DNA of 64,000 nucleotides from Cyanophora paradoxa CCMP329 (taxonomy: Eukaryota > Plantae > Glaucophyta), in NCBI GenBank assembly GCA_004431415.1, contig QPMI01000038.1, forward strand, positions 1 through 64,000, written 5' to 3'. Below the pieces are notes generated by a model. It was not told where the DNA came from. It saw only the letters and a program-made list of their open reading frames with translations, and made no database searches. Both the position numbers and the translations under genes were made by a program. Positions 1-11,300 of the stretch are shown one piece after another (positions within the stretch are counted from its first letter, which is position 1; every line of letters starts with the position of its first letter).

Positions 1-1248
1 GGGCAATGCACTGAATTTGCATCTTCTGATAAGCGGCACCCGCATACCACTCCTCATTACCGACTCCACCGGCTGTGACACCATTGAATTCGAAGACCAG
101 ATCGAACGCCGATGTGCCTGTGGCATCGATGTAGCCCGTGTTCTCTTGGTTGAGAAGCGACGCCTTTCCGTTTCCAGCACCGAAGTAAATGCCAGTGAGA
201 GCGGGGTAGCTTGTGCTCTCGGTAAAGATCGCCGAATTATATTTATCTGAAGTTCGGTCGCGGCAATCATGAGAGGAGCGAAAGTATTCGAGTAAAGGCG
301 TTATTGTTGAGTTCCACATAGAAGCTTACAGCGTTGGTTCGAGTGCACGAGGAGCCAGAACCGAGAGAGTTCCGTTGTTCACCTTCGTCTTCGCGTTTTT
401 GGCGCACAGAGAATACGAGAGTGTGGATGAGACCCGCACCTGTGAGTTGCGAGAGATTGACTCGCGAACCGGAGGCGGTCGCTGGAAATCTGTGTGGAGG
501 AAACCGATTTCGTTGTAGGGGATCGCGATACCAGTCGATTTAACACGGGCAATGGTCTCAGATACAACCGCCTCATCGGCATTTACGACCTTGCAGATAA
601 TGCGGGGTTTCAGCACTTGAAGGGAAGCACCACTGTTTACGACCGAAATATTGCCAACATTGTTTACATCCTCAATGATACCATCACCAATCGCCTTTGA
701 ATTCGATTTCGACCACGATCTCAGATTCAGAGCGCAAAGTGGGAACATCGCCTTCTCGAAAGGAGAGGGTAAATCGATTTCGTAGGTTCCACCGACAGTG
801 TTACCAGCGGTTCCGACAAGACCACCCACATAGCGAAGTTTCTTATCGAGTTCGCCCTGTTCGGTCATCAGTAGAAAATACTGGGTGACGAAATCCTCTG
901 GACAACATAGCGGAATGAAGCGTGAGAGATTTTCAATGCGCTTAATTAGCGATCCAATAACGCGAAGGTAGCCAGTAGTTCCAGCGACACCATTCGTGAG
1001 ATCAGTGAGGGTGATCGGGTTAAGATCGAGTTGCAGCCGAGACCATTCAGGAAATGGTAGCGGGGATTTTGAAGACAACTCGGTTGCCGAGAGCGCTGGT
1101 GGCTCGGTCGGGGCGACCAGAACTCGAAGTGGCTTAGTGCCAGAGGACGTTCCAATGACCAGCGACTTGTTTAGGAAATAAATCCTTGTAGTCATCGGTG
1201 GTGAGCATAGATTTCAGCTTGGGCGCTGGAATTGGCTGTTAGTCTCAT
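1..1248 (-). CDS. Double jelly-roll major capsid protein, NCLDV/PLV-like, frameshifted; C-terminus runs off window
   Basis: Joining frames gives LGNRVVFKIPRYHFL..RLQLDL, IGSLIKRIE, IDLPSPFEKAMFPLCAL.SEIVVEIEF, RVNLSQLTGAGLIHTLVFSVR and QENTGYIDAT..FDLVFEF...MQIQCIA. These match the order of conserved DJR MCP blocks. ORF 326..1195 is a mosaic of these frames. Confidence 0.7.
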
Positions 1249-1294
1249 GAGCGTTTCTTCTCTATCTTTGGGATCAGAAAATAATTTACAGGGC

Positions 1295-2213
1295 TCAATA
1301 GAAATTCATTTCGGGCGGTGCGTCGTAGGTTTCGATTTCAAAAGTGAAATAATGCGCCCAAACCCGAATCTAAGAGAGCGCCATCATGGTCGATGAGTTT
1401 AATCGTGAGGCGGTCGAAGATTTTAATTCGCGGAATTCACGAATGAGAGGCACCGTAGTGGACGTGTCGAAGTGGTAGATATCACCATGTTCGAGTTCCT
1501 GTGGGATTGGAATGCGCATGAAATAACCATCGACGTGCTTGTTGACTGAGCGAATAAACGGCGCAAATTCATCAATATATAGCCAGATCATCGCCGCCGG
1601 GTCTCATCTCCACGAGTATAGCCGCGAATGCGTCGATTGAGTGTCACAGTTCCCGTCCCAGGATTAAACACAAGGAATGTATCGCTTGCAAAAGGGGTAA
1701 ATGTCTCGTAAACATATAGCTGAATATCTTTGAAACCGAATATTGCGAGTTTCTTAGCGATTGCTTTGCGATTACTGGATTTTCTGAGTGTTTCAGGGAA
1801 GCTTTGGAGAACTTGAACCAAAAGTTACTATCACTGAAAAACTCATAGATCTTTGAAGTAGTATTATAGCGGCATTTAATATATTTCCACCGAAATCTGA
1901 AAGGCGAGCTGCTTCGAGTCTTTCTGTGACTTTTGCGGCAAGGTCGTCTTTGGTGTAAAATCCTTTGGGATTGTGATGGTCACGAATCCGGAATCCGAAG
2001 CTGTGACCGAGAAATAGAGTTCCATGCGCTCGATGGTTGCACCAGTCGCGTCTATATCGTTTGTCACGGTCGAAAGAACATTGGGAACCGTTGCCTGCAC
2101 CAGGCGCACAGATTTACGTTGTCATAGCGACGGGGTAATGTCACTACATACTGGTTTGGCTGAGTAAACTCCTCATCGCGATCATCGCTCGAAAAGCTCA
2201 GGTATTCTTTCAT
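1295..2213 (-). CDS. Penton/minor capsid-like protein 1 (DUF5901-like), frameshifted
   Basis: MKEYLSFSSDDRD..PNQYVVTLP..NV/VRLVQATVPN, later IWLYIDEF..YFMRIP and a C-terminal HYFTFEIE. ORFs 2064..2285, 1876..2109, 1588..1821 and 1370..1591 are pieces of it. Confidence 0.65.
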
Positions 2214-2229
2214 CTTACTATAATAGATT

Positions 2230-3073
2230 ATGAAAGAATAACAATAAATTGCGACAGTAGAGACCTTGAAAATGGCGTGCTGCACTTGAAAACGCGCCTT
2301 AATAATGTAAGGCGATTTCGTGTGCTATCAGCTGAGATTCCCAATAGCTCTTATGTTGTTCCGCCCGATCAGACAATAACTATAACGCTTTTGAACGAAG
2401 AGCCCACAGTAATCCCCGCATCCAAAATGATAGCACCGATTCCAGCGTAAACGATTATTATTACGTCGATGCTGATAACGAACGATATCCGAAAGAGAGA
2501 GCTTTAAACAGTGATGCTTTACTCGGTTTTTCAGGCGGTTCTTTTAATCCTCTCGGTCTCTTCCCGGTTTCCTATTCTCTCGCTCTGTCTACGAACCGCT
2601 TCGTGTTCTCATCTCCGAATAGCCCTTTTACATTAGAGTCCTCAGACCAGGAGTTCTGTGACTGTCTCGGCATAGAACCCGGAGTGGTTTACGCCAGCAC
2701 ACCAGAACCAGTGCCGGTTCCACTCAGAGATTACCCCAGTCGCTACGCGATTATATGCCCGAAAATGGTCGACTTTAATGCAATTCCATATATTTACCTT
2801 GATATCGAAGAGCTCCGCCCTTTTACCAAATTCGCAGCGGTTACAGGTAGACAGAACAATGTCGACGACTCCTATCTATTGCGAATTCAGATGAATTCGG
2901 ACTTTGGTAGATATTCCTTTTACCACGAACCGAGCGCAAGCATCCCTTTCGTAAATGTCACATCGCAACTCGATTTAGATCGTCTCACAATATCGCTTCG
3001 AAAATGGCGGGGCTCTGTTGCGGATATAAACGGTCTCTCATACTCGTTCCAGCTCGAAGTGATCACCGATTAA
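2230..3073 (+). CDS. Penton/minor capsid-like protein 2, frameshifted at the 5' end
   Basis: ATG 2230, then in another frame RITINCDSRD..NVRRFRVLSAEIPNS. It continues into ORF 2603..3073 with YIYLDIEEL..LLRIQM..LDRLTISLRKWRG..DINGLSYSFQLEV. Confidence 0.65.
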
Positions 3074-3079
3074 GCGCTG

Positions 3080-4573
3080 TCACACATAGTAGCCCTCGAA
3101 ATCTATTCGGCATGCCGAAGCTACGTTCGTCGTGAGCACCCAGATTACGAGGGTTCTCACAGATCTCGGGTTCGCTAAGAAATGTTCGTCGGGTTCTACA
3201 CTTCCGGCTATTTGATTTGCATTGGTAAACACTCTCGTCGCGCCGGCTTCTGTGTATGTGACAAGCGCCGAAACTCCCGGAGTTAATTGGTAATCGATTT
3301 CAAACGTTTTAATGTAGTTTCCATTTGCAGCCGGCTTCATTTTTATAGAGGAAAGCATAAACAGACGCGGAAAATCAATGCGTAAATAATTGCCTCCCGA
3401 CCTACTACCTTGCGGCGGGTTGGTAAATCCCACCCACCCCGTAGCATTTGACCAGCGGGCATCAGAAGCTGTGCCAAATTCCGCAATAAAGGCGCTATTA
3501 TCGAGCGGCACCCAGTTAGACTCCGGGGGTGCGCTTACATCTGTGCACCCGGACAGATTAATTATGGGAACATCGCCCTCTGAGATATTCATCGTCAGCA
3601 CTGAATACATCGCATTAAAATACGTTTGCTGTGCGGAAACAAACGCGAGCGCTTCCGTTTCTAAATATTGCAAGTGCGTCGTTGTGATAGTATCGAGGGT
3701 CATTTTATCTTTCGGTAAAGGAACGCTCAGCTTATAGTAGCGATCGTAATTCTGATCATCGTTTCTGGGTAAAAGTTCCAGTAGCTTTACGTGGGCGTTT
3801 AGATCACTCGACTCTAAGAACATGCTGAGAATTGGCGATCCTGTGGCGCTTAGCATCCATTGCACGATCCCCCAATTCTTAATAGCGTCGTACGAATATC
3901 CAGATGTCGCCTTATCAGAGTCTTGGACGTGACCCGCCGTAATCGAGACCACTATAAGCTCCTCCTCGCAAGAGTTTCCGAATAAAGTGCGGGCGAATGT
4001 GTAGCCGCAAACCCCGGGCGAATTATTTCCACTCATGCAACCATCAATTAAACAGTATGTTCTTCCGGCGACTGTGACTTGTTTCGGCTCGAAATAGGTG
4101 GGCGCAGCTGAGGTAGCCCTTGCAGCATCGCGCACAAGCATCCCATTTATGTCTTCATCGTTGCTTGAAATAAAAACGGGGGACATTAAGACCGTGTCGA
4201 ACGCAGTCACGATGGTTGGTTTATAGAGATCCGCCATAGTCGCTGAGCCGCAGAGTTCCAGAGCCACAGCTTCTAAGTTAGTTGCTTCGTACTTTGGGCG
4301 CTGTACAATCGATGTAAGCACTCGTGGATTCGCGAAAATCAGCGGTAGCTTTGCTTTGTAGAGCGCCAGAATATCAGTGGCTGTATATTTAGGGGCGCCA
4401 TCGGTTCCCTTGATATTCAATAGGAGCGCGATTAATCCACCTGTGGATGTTCCCGCAAAGCAGTCGAATAGCTGTTGGATTCGTTTACCGGTTTGGGCTT
4501 CAATCTGTGCCAGTATAGCAGCCTCGATTATTCCACGCGACCCCCCTCCACTCAAAGCGAGAACGGTCTTCAT
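3080..4573 (-). CDS. Patatin-like phospholipase fused to a C-terminal discoidin (F5/8 type C) domain
   Basis: LSGGGSRG, GTSTG nucleophile elbow, ATSAAPTYF and a DGC variant of DGG. The C-terminal YLRIDF..YIKTFEIDY..VRTLVI..CRIDFEG is discoidin-like. Confidence 0.9.
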   Translation of the reverse strand: MKTVLALSGGGSRGIIEAAILAQIEAQTGKRIQQLFDCFAGTSTGGLIALLLNIKGTDGAPKYTATDILALYKAKLPLIFANPRVLTSIVQRPKYEATNLEAVALELCGSATMADLYKPTIVTAFDTVLMSPVFISSNDEDINGMLVRDAARATSAAPTYFEPKQVTVAGRTYCLIDGCMSGNNSPGVCGYTFARTLFGNSCEEELIVVSITAGHVQDSDKATSGYSYDAIKNWGIVQWMLSATGSPILSMFLESSDLNAHVKLLELLPRNDDQNYDRYYKLSVPLPKDKMTLDTITTTHLQYLETEALAFVSAQQTYFNAMYSVLTMNISEGDVPIINLSGCTDVSAPPESNWVPLDNSAFIAEFGTASDARWSNATGWVGFTNPPQGSRSGGNYLRIDFPRLFMLSSIKMKPAANGNYIKTFEIDYQLTPGVSALVTYTEAGATRVFTNANQIAGSVEPDEHFLANPRSVRTLVIWVLTTNVASACRIDFEGYYV

Positions 4574-4616
4574 TATCTTATATACTTCTTATATATCTTC
4601 TTTGTTTATAAAGAGG

Positions 4617-7600
4617 ATGTCGTTCCTGAATCCGCGACCAGATGCACGAGTTATTAATTCGACCACTCAGATAGAGGACACTGATCAGGTAAACACTGAA
4701 ATTCGCGGGTCTCTGAAAATAAACTTCAATGCAGACCGCGAAGATCCAGTCAGTGGAACACCGAGCAGACCCGCAGCTTTGCAGTTAATGAACGTCGAGA
4801 AAGGGGATCATAAACTTGGAATCGACTTTTTACTTGATGATAACGAACGAAACAGAGTCGCCAGCATTCAGGCAACCCGCCAGCTACCGAAAACGGTGCG
4901 ATATAATCGTAGGAACATCCCGAAAGCATTCGATAGAGGTCGCTTAAACTTCTTCATTCAAGATGAGAGCGGTTTCCAAAATGCAGCTATGAGAATCGTG
5001 GATAATAGCACACTTATAGCGGGAGTATCCACACGGAAAACAAAGGTAGAGGTCGTCCATGATCTCTCAGCAGGTAATCTAACGACGAGTAACATTACAG
5101 CAAGTAACATCACTACGGATACCCTAAATGTAAACTCGCTCAACTCCGAGTCGTTTTTCGCCACCAATGTCGCAACCTGTAACCTAAACATCGAATCCTT
5201 TGTGATTCAGAAGAGCGAATCGGTTCCCCAGATAACAGAGGGTGTTTTCACATTAGACCCCGCGAAACCGACCTTAGAAATTGTCGAAAATGGGAACGTT
5301 GTCGATATAATTGGCGCCAATGCTCCGAATGTGAGATCCTTAGCACTTGATAAAACGACTATATCATTTGCAGAAGAAATTCCGGCTTTTACCACAGAGA
5401 AACAGGCACTGAGAACAGACCATGTTCACATAACCAGAGACAATATAAACGATCTTTTAGGCAAGGACATCGTAAAGGCGTTTTTGGAGTTTGAAAGGAG
5501 CAAGAACACCAAAGATTCCAGCCAGGATGGAACCCTCACGACCCACACAACCGAAATCGCGGCTTTGCAATCAGAAATTAATGCTCTGTTTGCAGCAGAT
5601 GGAGCGCTTGCAATTACCTTAGCCCATATTCTGTCGAAAAGGAACATATACCCCGCGACTGACAACACATACCGAGTTGGTTTATCGAATCTGAGATGGT
5701 CAGAGGTGCATGGAGTTTCCATGTTTGCCTCCAATTTAATCCTTCCATTAAATCACTCACTCCGACCTAATCAGATTCTTACCAATGGTAATGCACTGAT
5801 CAGCTACACCGACTATAATAGTAACCTTTCCCGCTCGGTTTCGCAAACTGAGACCTACACTGTCGAGGGATACCCTCAGCAGCTCGCAAATGGGGTCTAT
5901 GTCGCTTATGTAGGCAAACCTACATATACATTCACTTGGGATCAGTTGGGTGTCACAGGTTTCGAGACGACTATACCCACTGTTTCATTGGTGGATCACA
6001 CTACTTATTATAATCCTATCTATAACAATAATGAATCGAATAAAGCATTTATCCAAAATGTCACCTCCACAGGGTTTCAGGTTTCGTTTGTCATTAACGA
6101 GACATACAATTTACTTATCATCCGAAACAACTCATTGAGTTCCGAAGCTACTATTAGTTTCACTCTTAACATCAATTATATCACCCCTGAATTCGATAGC
6201 AAACCCAGAGTGAAGGTTTACCGAGATTTACAAGGTAGCAATATCGTTCCCTTCTCACAGAATTTCGATCTTGGGGCGAATTCTTTGAGGTGGAACACAG
6301 TTTATACTTTGAATGCAAACACCTGTAATATTGTGGTCGCAGGTTCATCGGCTACTATTGGAGATCTGACCGCGCCTTTTAGAAAGGAGTATCTTAAAGA
6401 GCTGTATATAACAAAGTCTGATTTACCAGATGCTATTTCGTTGGTGCTCTCCCCGACTCCCAGCATATCATACCACAATGTGAAAGACACAAGTAATGTA
6501 GTGCAGAGTGGAAGCAAAGTATTCCAGGCATCCGAAATAGGATCGGTCTCATATAGATATCTTGCAGGGGTTCCAGCGAATTTTAATTTCACATTTGAGA
6601 CACCATTTGTTTCCCCTCCTACTATTGAAATAACAGACACGAATTTGTATGTGGTCAATGATGGGTCAGCTACATCACTTCAAAATGCACCAGCCGGCTA
6701 CTCCCCATTTGTTGCAACTAACATAACAACCACCGGCTTCACACTTGTCGGAAATGCAACAGTGACATATGCTCTGTCAGGGTATCCTGTTGGGTTGTAT
6801 TTTTCGAAATTTAATCTCTCTGTTATCCCAGCAGTGTCCCTTGCTCCTCCCTTTACTATCAGTTGGAAGGCAACAGGAACTATTCCGCGATTTGACCCCG
6901 AAGATCGATTAAAAATAAGGTATCCTCTCGATGTGACCGACCTCCATACTACGAGGATCAATGGGCAGAATTTCGTGTTTAATGGAACCAATGCGACTTT
7001 GATCGATAATAGAGTCACAAATAATTACTTTTTCGATTCTCGATATATTAATACTTGCAATATTGTCATACAAAACACGTTTGAAAATCGCAGTAAGACC
7101 TTAACAGTCACCTTGCCCACTCACTCGAATGTCTCAGATGGATTTCACTATTATCTTTTCAATCGTAATTACACCTCATATATTCCATATCCTTCTGAGA
7201 CTGTCAACATGAGCTATCCCAGAGTCACCCTAACATCGACCAATGCTGACTTCTTTGGATCCACGGACTTTATGACCTTCTTTGCTTTCACATCCTCTAC
7301 TGATGGGCTCTTAGTTTATTACACTTTCAGGTATGATGCTGTTTGGACTCAGCTTGACAGCCACCCAAATACAGATGTCATCGAAGTGGGCGATAAGAAA
7401 TACATAAAAACCGCTTCTCCATGGGTGTGCACTGTCCGGCTCGATGACAGATACACTCCTAACCTTAATAACATTGGATTGCACTCGACATGCAATATTT
7501 ATGTGCAAGGTGCGATTTCGGCTTCGAAGTACTTTGAGGGTGGGAATTGTGATACAGGACATAGGTTGCTATCGCGAAATGGACTCTTTGAGTCATTCAG

Positions 7601-8339
7601 TGGGACGGCTCTACCGCCCTTTATCAGGGACACAGTCTATGATACCACATGCAATATTTGGGTGTGTCGATCTGTGAGCAATCCACCTGTGACACAGGAA
7701 TTATACAAGTATCTCGCAGATACCTATGGTGCAATCTCAGGATCCTCCACAGGAAATCCAGCGACGGCTCCAATCGTGTTTGCGAATGCATACACAGCGC
7801 CGACCTCATTAGCAGGGTCGACAGAGCCGCCACCAAATGATCCAAATCCGAACCAGCCTAACCCAGATCCCGATTCACAAGATCCCCCTACAACTAATCC
7901 AGATCCAAACACACCACCTAATAATCCCACGAATCCTACAAATCCAGTCGGGGCACCGGGAACAGATCCAGGAACGTTAGTGCTTATGATTCTCTTGCCG
8001 ATTCTCGGTGCTCTTGGGCTTGTGCTTGCATACAAATTCCGAGCTTTATGTTGTGCTTGCATAGACAGAACCATTGCAGGAGCAGGTAATAAATACTCAA
8101 CACCAGAGCTTAATGTGACCCAAACAGCCGAAGGAGATGTGGGCTTAGAGGTGAGATCAGCCGAGGGGCATGGTCTTAGTGTTGTGAGGACTGACCGACC
8201 ACCAGCAAATAGGGCAGCACCCAAAAAATCACGAGCACAAGAATTGGCAGAGCAAACGATGAATAATGATAGAGACTTTATGGCGGAAATGGCACAGCGA
8301 GAAGGGAGAATATATGAACATGTTCCAAACGTTATGTAA
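4617..8339 (+). CDS. Large fibre/surface protein with H-lectin-like domains, Pro/Asn linker and C-terminal transmembrane segment
   Basis: Probable start MSFLNP (4617). It has phage-fibre-like PATDNTY.VG....RW..V motifs, a short coiled coil, FTFETPFVSPPTI..NITTTGFT..ISWKATG, and LVLMILLPILGALGLVLAY near the C-terminus. Confidence 0.7.
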   Translation: MSFLNPRPDARVINSTTQIEDTDQVNTEIRGSLKINFNADREDPVSGTPSRPAALQLMNVEKGDHKLGIDFLLDDNERNRVASIQATRQLPKTVRYNRRNIPKAFDRGRLNFFIQDESGFQNAAMRIVDNSTLIAGVSTRKTKVEVVHDLSAGNLTTSNITASNITTDTLNVNSLNSESFFATNVATCNLNIESFVIQKSESVPQITEGVFTLDPAKPTLEIVENGNVVDIIGANAPNVRSLALDKTTISFAEEIPAFTTEKQALRTDHVHITRDNINDLLGKDIVKAFLEFERSKNTKDSSQDGTLTTHTTEIAALQSEINALFAADGALAITLAHILSKRNIYPATDNTYRVGLSNLRWSEVHGVSMFASNLILPLNHSLRPNQILTNGNALISYTDYNSNLSRSVSQTETYTVEGYPQQLANGVYVAYVGKPTYTFTWDQLGVTGFETTIPTVSLVDHTTYYNPIYNNNESNKAFIQNVTSTGFQVSFVINETYNLLIIRNNSLSSEATISFTLNINYITPEFDSKPRVKVYRDLQGSNIVPFSQNFDLGANSLRWNTVYTLNANTCNIVVAGSSATIGDLTAPFRKEYLKELYITKSDLPDAISLVLSPTPSISYHNVKDTSNVVQSGSKVFQASEIGSVSYRYLAGVPANFNFTFETPFVSPPTIEITDTNLYVVNDGSATSLQNAPAGYSPFVATNITTTGFTLVGNATVTYALSGYPVGLYFSKFNLSVIPAVSLAPPFTISWKATGTIPRFDPEDRLKIRYPLDVTDLHTTRINGQNFVFNGTNATLIDNRVTNNYFFDSRYINTCNIVIQNTFENRSKTLTVTLPTHSNVSDGFHYYLFNRNYTSYIPYPSETVNMSYPRVTLTSTNADFFGSTDFMTFFAFTSSTDGLLVYYTFRYDAVWTQLDSHPNTDVIEVGDKKYIKTASPWVCTVRLDDRYTPNLNNIGLHSTCNIYVQGAISASKYFEGGNCDTGHRLLSRNGLFESFSGTALPPFIRDTVYDTTCNIWVCRSVSNPPVTQELYKYLADTYGAISGSSTGNPATAPIVFANAYTAPTSLAGSTEPPPNDPNPNQPNPDPDSQDPPTTNPDPNTPPNNPTNPTNPVGAPGTDPGTLVLMILLPILGALGLVLAYKFRALCCACIDRTIAGAGNKYSTPELNVTQTAEGDVGLEVRSAEGHGLSVVRTDRPPANRAAPKKSRAQELAEQTMNNDRDFMAEMAQREGRIYEHVPNVM

Positions 8340-8376
8340 CAACCTTAATTTTTGTAGTATTCCATAATAGAGTATA

Positions 8377-11300
8377 ATGACTGAACCCATAGTAGAAACG
8401 ACAATAAAGAATGCTGTATTGGATAATAATTTTTATATAACCCACGCCAATATACCCAGTGAATCCAATGACCTGATAGTAGATCTAAAAGGGTATGTGA
8501 TGGGAGCTATGGCTTCCAACCTGTGGAATGACATTTTTGGTTACGAGTTTGGTCACATATATGACATAGCAAATGGGATTGGCTATGTGGATGCAATGGC
8601 AGGAACAGCCTTTCGAAATCTAAATTGCAACTGTGTGGGAGGGTGGATGTTTCAGATCTGTTCAAATGTCGATCCTAGTATTGATCCAGCTACTGTGACC
8701 TTTGATTGCAATCTATTCGCCCCTAAAACCATTTTCTCCATCACTTGCAACCTTGTATGTTCAGATGTGCCCATTGTAGCACCTGTAATAGGTGCATCAA
8801 ATATGTATATCCAAAGAAACCCGGTCGTGCATACAGGTGCCGAATTTATATTGGGCGACAACACCCCAATTAGTCGAATCGAACTACCCAATTCTCACAA
8901 GCATTTGTGGGAACATATCACCAATGCCCCATTTACCTATCCGCCCAGTTCTCACGAGCATTTGTGGGAGCATATCACCAATCGACCATTAACCTTCCCA
9001 CCTGATCCACACACTCATGATTATTTGTCTCTCAAAGGTGGTGTTATTTCATCTAATCTTACAATTTCATCAAACCTTACAGTTACAAGTAACATTTATG
9101 CCAGTAACATTTATGCCAGTAACATTTACAGCAGTAACCTATGGGCAAGTAATATTAATGGAAGTAATGTAATAGTCGATTATCTCACTGTGAAGATTGA
9201 AGCAAACCTACCAAATCACCCGACATCGAATGTTGTTTTAGATTGGTTAGCAAAGCAAAAACACACAAAAGCAGATATTACAGATTTTGCCCACACTCAC
9301 ACAAAAGATCAAATAACAGATTTCGCCCACACTCATTTATGGGAGCATATCACGAATCCCCCATCCACCTTCCCACCGGGAAAACACACACATGATTACT
9401 CAGAGATTACTAATAGTAACCACAGGCACCCATGGGATGAAATAGATGAGCAGCCAGTTTTTGCACAATTGAATGCAATCGGAAATGTTTTTAATGGAGT
9501 CACACTTTACCAATCGATTAATACACCTGATAGGCTATTTTTGAATGATCATTACGTAAATCTCAATGGGACATTCACAGGTGAAACAGGCACACCGATG
9601 GTGGGAACTCTTGCAGTAAGATTACCCAGGGATCCAATCGTAAACGGAGTGTATAGTGGCGATTTCAATGTAGGAGTAAATGATACTTTCCCCAGTATCT
9701 ATGTTACGAATTATCACCCAGGAGAAATAGGACAAGAAGCGGATTTTTCAGCAGCAATTCAAGTAAATGTAACGGATCAAAGCGCATATGATGGAGCAAG
9801 ACCTAAGATAGTTTTCACAAGGGAGAAAGTTGTAAACTATCTTCCTGTTGTGGGACAACCCACAGATGATCACGGAAAATGCGAGATTGCATGGATAAAA
9901 ACGACAACAGGTGGCGCCTTAGAAGTCAATCAGAGAATGGCAGCTAAAAACTTACACAATACCACCCTTTCCGGTGTTGTTACAGATGATTACCTCGAAA
10001 GCAAAAACTATGTAGATGATACAGAACTTGCAGCAATTCTTGAAGATTATGTAACAGATACCGAATTAACGTCGGCTCTTGGGGATTATTTACCCCTTAC
10101 AGGCGGGACTCTCACAGGTGATGTGCATGCTCCGAATTTCTTTGTGGACACTCCGAATGATCAGTCATTCCCTGTTGTCCACCTTGGTGCTGAATATGTA
10201 TTAGATCCAAACACTCCATTTAGTCGACTTGAATTACCCAATGTTCACAGGCATTTTTGGGAGCATATCACCAATGCCCCATTAACCTATCCACCCAGTT
10301 CTCACGAGCATTTTTGGGAGCATATTGTCAATCCCCCATCGACCTATCCACCTGATTCACACGATCATGATTATTTACCACTAACAGGTGGAACAATTGC
10401 AGGTGATGTGCATGCTTCTAATTTCTTTGTTACTACTCCGAATGATCAAACATTTCCTGTTGTCCACCTTGGTGCTGAATATGTATTAGATCCAAACACT
10501 CCAATTAGTCGCATTGAATTACCCAATGTTCACAATGTTCGACCATTAACCTTCGCACCTTATCTACACACTCACACAAAGTCAGAGATTACAGATTTTT
10601 CACACACTCACACAAAGTCAGAAATAACAGATTTTGCCCATACCCACACAAAGTCTCAAATTACAGACTTCCCGACATTTGCGACTGTGGCAACAACTGG
10701 AAACTATGATGATCTGATAAATACACCAACATACACTTCACCAACTGATTTTGACGCTACAAGTGGTATTTCCACAGACCGCACAGGAGATTGGAGAGAT
10801 TATTTTGGGCAACCACTTGTAGGTGACACAAGCACTTGGGCAAACACATGGATTGATGGTGATGATGATTGTAGTAGCTGTAAGATGTATTGGACTGTTC
10901 CAACAGACATGAAATCATGTTATATCTATTATACGTGTCAGTATGACAGTAGATACTTTGATGTTGTTGGAATTGAACCATCAAACAATACTTATACTCG
11001 TTTACGAGTAAATGCCTATGCTCCTGGAATTAATCCTGTAAGAGATTTTAAACAGTTTGTTGCAATAAATTGTGAAGGACTTGTTAAAGTTGGTGTTCAT
11101 GGACAAATAGGAAGAATTTATCTTCCAGGTCCGATTACTGTTGGTTGGAGCAAAAACCCCGCTATATCGTCACACAGTGGTTTCCTCCATTGGAATAATA
11201 TATACGGGAAGCCAACAGCTTCTACGACTGTCGGTCCTCACTCTCATTTTAAAGCAGATATCACAGATTTCGCACATAGTCACACAAAGGCAAATATAAC

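Noticed and set aside
4377-4616. Listed start of the 1320-aa ORF
   Set aside because: It overlaps the patatin gene antisense. ATG 4617 has the shared upstream motif and an MSF start like copy C.
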